Assembly: GCA_964270895.1 (NCBI GenBank)
Contig: OZ185435.1
Length of the DNA: 64,000 bases
From: Podarcis filfolensis
Taxonomy: Eukaryota
Reading direction: 5' to 3' (one strand)
The notes beneath the pieces were generated by a model, which made no database searches, had not been told where the DNA came from, and was given only the letters and a program-made list of their open reading frames with translations. The position numbers and the translations under genes are program-made. Position 1 is the first letter of the stretch. Each line of letters begins with the position of its first letter. Of the stretch, positions 59,001 through 64,000 are shown piece by piece.

Positions 59001-62000
59001 CGATTCTCCCACCCTGGCCTTTGCATCAGCTGCACAGAATGGGGAGAGACCTCTGAGAAAATGGTGGGCACAAATCCACAGAGGAGGAGGCTGTCCTTCA
59101 TTGCCAGACGGAGGAGATGCCTCAGGAGAGCAGGGGCTGAGGAGCCCAAGGGGAGGTGAAAACTGGTGGAGTTCAGGTCCAGCCTGCCTGCCAGGGCTTC
59201 CCAGAAGAGACGTTTGGTTGGCCCCTGGGGGAATCCTGAAACACTGGCCTAGAGCCCCTCCCTGGCCCTGTGCTTTGGCCTGACCTTTCTCTGATGCTCT
59301 CAGCAAATACTCACACAAGTTCAAAATCTCTTCGGATGGCTTCTGGGATCTTGGGCTTCGTCACACGCACTGCCTGCACACACAAAAGCCAGCAGACCTC
59401 ATAAGACTGCAGCTGCCCCCCAAGTGCAAGCTCCTCTGCTGCAAAGAAAGGAAGCGGCCCCCTGCATCTGGGCCCGTCCTGCTGGACTGGACCCCCCAGC
59501 TAGCAATATGGCAAGTTTCCATTTTCGACAGAGGGAAGCTCTCCCTCCTCAACCTGCATCCCCACACAGAGAAGCGGGCTAGTCCTAAATCCACCCAGAG
59601 CCAGGAAAGGGAAAAGGGAAGGGGGGCATTACCTGGATGGTGAGACCTGGAGCCATGGCATTCAGATCCTGCTGCAGGGCCAACTTCAGATTTTCATCTA
59701 TTTGATCTAGGATTAGGGGGAGAAAAGATGAGAGGCAGCATCAGCCAAAGAGAGTCCGCTACACAAGAGTCCCAGCATTTCTCCAGCTGGCTCTGTGCTG
59801 CCTGCACTGACCAGCCGCAATGGCTTCAGGTCAGTCTCACCTGGAAACGCTGCCAGGACTTGACCCACAGGAATTCTGCATGCACCGCAGATGTTGCGCC
59901 ACTGAACCACATGCACCCCCTGTGCCAACCACAGGCAAGAGTCAACAAAGACACCAGACTGCCCTGCCAACTGCCCAGCTGTGGACGGGGCCCTCAGGCA
60001 ACCCAGTCGAAGATTCCCAAAAGCAGAGAATTGGATCTGCCAGACAAGCCCAAGAACAGCTGGCAAAATATCAGGATGCCATAATAAATATTGTTCTCAC
60101 TACCAAGAGTAATTCTGTGGTGCTTAATGTGAAGCAGAATACTTGAAACTCAGACTGGGAGCTCTGTGGGCGTCTCTACACAATGCCCAGCTGCCAGCTG
60201 CATCTCTCTCCTAAAAATATTCTTCCTCCTTAAGAAATCCCAAATTCCCCAAGCACTCCATCCCAGTCTGGTCATGCAGCCTCTTACCCTGCCTGCCAGA
60301 CATCTAAGGAAACAGGAATGCAGATTCTGAAATGGGAGCAGGTCCAACAACACAAAAGGCTCCTGCATTCCTCCTGATCCAGCACCTCAGGAGGACCAGG
60401 AACACCCAGCTCTACCTCTCCTTCAAATCAGAAACAGTGAGGGCGGTGAAGGTCCTGTGTGAGTGTCTGGAGGCAGTTGGCGGATGGTTGAACCCTGACA
60501 AGACAGAAGTACTGTTCTTGGAGGACGGGGGGTGGGCGGGGGTGGGGGACTCCCTCGTCCTGAAGGGGGTAACTGTGCCCCTGAAGGACCAGGTGCGCAG
60601 CCTGCGAATCATTTTGGACTCACAGCTGTCCATGGAGGCGCAGGTCAATTCTGTGTCCAGGGCAGATGTCTACCAGCTCCATCTGGTATGCAGGCTGAGA
60701 CCCTCCCTGTCCGCAGACTGTCTCACCAGTGGTGCATGCTCTGGTTATCTCCTGCTTGGACTACTGCAATGCGCTCTACGTGGGGCTACCTTTGGAAACT
60801 ACAATGAATAAAGAATGCGGCAGCTAGACTGGTGACTGGGAGCAGCCTCCAAGACCACATAACACCGGTCCTGAAAGACCTACATTGGCTCCCAGTACGT
60901 TTCCAAGCACAATTCAAAGTGTTGGTGCTGAGCTTTAAAGCACTAAATGGCCTTGGTCCAGTATACCTGAAGGAACGTCTCCACCCCCATCGCTCAGCCC
61001 AGACACTGAGGTCCTCCTCCAAGGATCTTCTGCTTGTTCCCTCACTGCAAGAAGCGAAGTTACAGGGACCCAGGCAGAGGACCTTCTCGGTAGTGGTGCC
61101 CTCCCTGTGGAACACCCTCCCTTCAGAAGTCAATGAAATAAACAACTATCTGATTTTTAGAAGACATCTGAAGGCAGCACTGTTAAGGGAAGTTTTTAAG
61201 GAATGATCTTTTTATTATTTTTTAGGTATGTTGTAAGCTGCCCAGAGTGACTGGGGAAACCCAACCAGATGGGTGGTGTATATATGAGAAAATATCATCA
61301 TCATCATCATCAGGTGAGAGCTGGAGGACGAAGTCCTGACCGAGCAAGAGGCACAAGATCTCTGTGGGCTTCCTCTTCCATGCCGTCCCAGAAGAGGAGG
61401 GATGGAACTATGTAAACATCCTTGCTCCATTTCCAATTCACTGGATGTGCTTTGGGGAAACGGTACCAGCAAAAGCAAGCCCCCCATCACCTGCTTACCA
61501 AAGAGCTCAATGTAGACCTCCTGGAGGGTGTGGGCACTGCAGAACTGGTTGAGCTCATGATGGACTTTGTTGAAAATGAGGGTCTTGTCATAATCTGCAG
61601 TGTAGTTCTTCACAACATCGTATACTAAGAAAAGGAACAGCAGAAGTGTCACCGGAAAGTCACTCTGATGCCATTGGTGCTCTCTCACCTGTCAGGCAAA
61701 TTCAAGAGGCTGGTGCTCAGCGTTTCTTGAAAACATAGGAGCTATTTCTCTGAATTAATCACAATTTCTATCTAACAACTGAATATGACTTGTAAGTATA
61801 AAAGATTGTCCACACATCTGAAGCCGGATCCTAGCTATATTTACTCAGAAGGAAGTCCAACTGGTTTTAGTGTGATTTACTTGCAAGAAAGTGTGCTTAA
61901 GGCTGCAGCCCCAAAAAGATGGCAGTGGCCTAATGAGCAAATGTCCTAATTTTTACTCAGCAGTTCCAAAGTGAGCAGCTCTAATGAAAACATTACAATG

Positions 62001-64000
62001 TGATGTTACAGGAGACTGATAATATTTTTCTTCCTATGTCAACTGCAACTGAAAGCTTCTATACAGAAGTCCACCTTTACAAGTCCAGTGAGCAGCAGTT
62101 CCCAACATCCCGCAAAGCCTCCCAGGGACTGTGGTGAGAGCCAGGCCCCAGCGGGAGTCAGTCTCTGCTTTTTCCTAGAAGCCCAGCTGCGAAGCTTCTT
62201 CTCAAAGCTCACCCTCTGCCATCCCCAAATAGCCCTGTCCTGTGCTCCTTTTCCAGCTGGTGCCCTTCCGGACCCCACTTCCCTTCTCTTCCCCCTCCTC
62301 CTGCCGCCCCAGCCACTCCCCCCACCAGAACAGCTCTGCCCACTGCCTCCCCTGCAGGTGCCTAAGGAGAGTCTCTCTGCCTGCTCAGCCTGCCCCACAC
62401 AGACAAACACGCCTTTGACTCTGACAGATTCAGAAGCAATTTAGCCTTTTCGGCTGGACCAAAATCAGTTCCTTCGGAGGGTGTAAGTCTCGCTCATGCC
62501 AGTCACCAATAACAACACTGAAGAGCATCAGCTTCCGGACCCACCCCTGGCTGTTTTCCATCAGCCTAGCAATCCTTACTGAGCCAACATCAAAAGTCAG
62601 GAACAGTCAACAGGAAACCCTCCTTTTCAGCAACATGAGCTCCTCCAACTTCCCTCTGCAAGCCCCTTTCCATGCCCACCAACCCTCCACCTCCCTCAGC
62701 TCTTGCTGCTGGTGAGCCCACCCGCCCCTGTCTCCGAGGGGCTCTGCTTCTCTCCTTCCTCCAGGATTTGCTTTCAGGCACAGGAAAAGGAGCCATACCT
62801 GCATGTGGAGCCAACATGTTCACCACCTCTATCCGATCAATGTAGATCATGACTCCTCCACTGCAAGGAAAAAAGGAGGAAGATGAGCTATGCCACCCCT
62901 TGGGGCAAACTCGGTTTCCTGGAGCCTTTCTCTACACCAAGAGGAAGAGAGGCAGAGACAGTGTGCACAGAGTTTAAGTGCAAGAGAGCCGGGGGTGGGC
63001 AGGGGGCTGGTCTGAGGCAGCTTCCTGCTCTCATCTCAGGGTTAGAACCAGGAGACCCTAGATAACCTTTGGCCCTCAACAATGGGCTCAGGAGCGAGTG
63101 GCACAGACCGCCCAGCTGGGCTGCTGCACCAGCAGCACTTCCCTCCACAACACAAACTCCCGCCAGAGCCAATGACGACAACAGCAATGAAGCCGCCGGC
63201 CGAGTGACTTCGAACAGACGCAGGTCCCACGGTTATTGCACTGCTATTGGCACAGACTGAAGGTTAACCTACATCTCTACTGAGCAACGTGCAAGAGAAA
63301 ATGAAGAGGAAGCAACACAGGACTCTAGAGGCAACCCCAGCTCCCGTCTTTGCCTTCACACTGCTACAACTGAAAGATAACTAGGTAGCCTGGCTGTGTC
63401 CAGCAGCTGCCAAGAGCCAGACTGGGGCACCTGCCATACACCTGACTAGCCCCCCGCCCCCGGCAAGAGAAAGGCCAGCAGCCCCACAAGAGAGCATCTT
63501 TCCCAAGATGAGCCTGTTGGCTGCTTGCAGCTTCCCTTAAGCAAACTGCCTTTGAGCCCTTTGGTTCCGGAAGAGAATCCTGCCCAACACATCTCAAAGA
63601 AGCAGCCAAGAAGCAGAGCCACTGACAGGTGCTGGGTGCTTCCAGCCCAGAAAATGCCGCTCAGGCTCCACCGCACCCAGCCCAAGGTGCTCCTCCTTGC
63701 ACAGCCTCCGACGCAGCAAGAGCCATACAAAGGGCGACCCACCTGGTCCCGCAAGGCACGTTTTTCACCTCGTCCGTTTGCAGCGTTGTCTGAAACAGAA
63801 GAGAGACTGAGCAGCCCTGGGAGGGAGGGCGAGGTTCCCTGCCAACCCCAGAAGCAGCAGCAGGGCTGCGGGGCGGGGGGAGGTCCCGCCTGCTCCTCCC
63901 CGGCAGAGGCCCCTTTCCCGCCTGGCAGCTGCCAGGCCAAGCTCCCGAGGCGAGATACAGACCTGGACGGCTCTGGGCGTGGTGACGAAGGGCAGCATGA
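56041..64000 (-). CDS. ERLIN1: ER lipid raft-associated protein 1 (SPFH domain), exons 2(partial)-11; 5' end beyond the window
   Basis: Exons (minus): 64000-63963 (partial), 63789-63743, 62860-62799, 61624-61499, 59706-59633, 59373-59315, 58250-58159, 57269-57180, 56533-56454, 56271-56041. All GT-AG, phases consistent. [33 protein letters not shown] (ERLIN1-type YID/NML rather than ERLIN2 YFD/NFL), [44 protein letters not shown]. Confidence 0.93.
60400..61311 (+). mobile_element. L2 LINE 3' fragment in an ERLIN1 intron
   Basis: [49 protein letters not shown]; L2 3' end with (CAT)n tail. Confidence 0.9.

Noticed and set aside
1-64000. CRISPR arrays, rRNA, tRNA, snoRNA, mitochondrial or viral inserts
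   Set aside because: Eukaryotic nuclear DNA; no spacer arrays, cloverleafs, paired C/D boxes, or mitochondrial or viral peptides were seen.

Overview
Vertebrate genomic DNA from a squamate reptile, probably a lacertid lizard. This is inferred from the Sauria SINE and the L1/L2/CR1 families; no database was consulted. The window has two halves. Left half (1-31 kb): repeat-rich, with no protein-coding gene I can identify. It holds a full-length 6.1-kb L1 LINE with a target-site duplication (TSD) and one nonsense codon per ORF, a nest of L1 insertions inside L2 and CR1 relics, a solo LTR with a duplicated enhancer block, several MITEs, many CR1 3' fragments, an orphan CpG island (26.4-27.3 kb) and unassigned promoter and splice signals. 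Right half (31-64 kb): GC-rich and gene-dense, with four genes whose exons I reconstructed by hand with consistent phases: CYB561 (-, 254 aa), ZNF511 (-, 255 aa), TUBGCP2 (+, 17 coding exons, 906 aa) and ERLIN1 (-, exons 2-11, 5' end outside the window). Most notable: (1) ZNF511 and TUBGCP2 start codons lie about 125 bp apart and both first introns need a non-canonical GC donor; (2) an intact CYB561 sits away from its mammalian TANC2/ACE neighbourhood; (3) two L1 copies share an invariant 36-nt G-rich block inside otherwise diverged 3' UTRs; (4) an E2F-type CpG island has no assignable gene. I found no clear-cut new biological system; these are leads.
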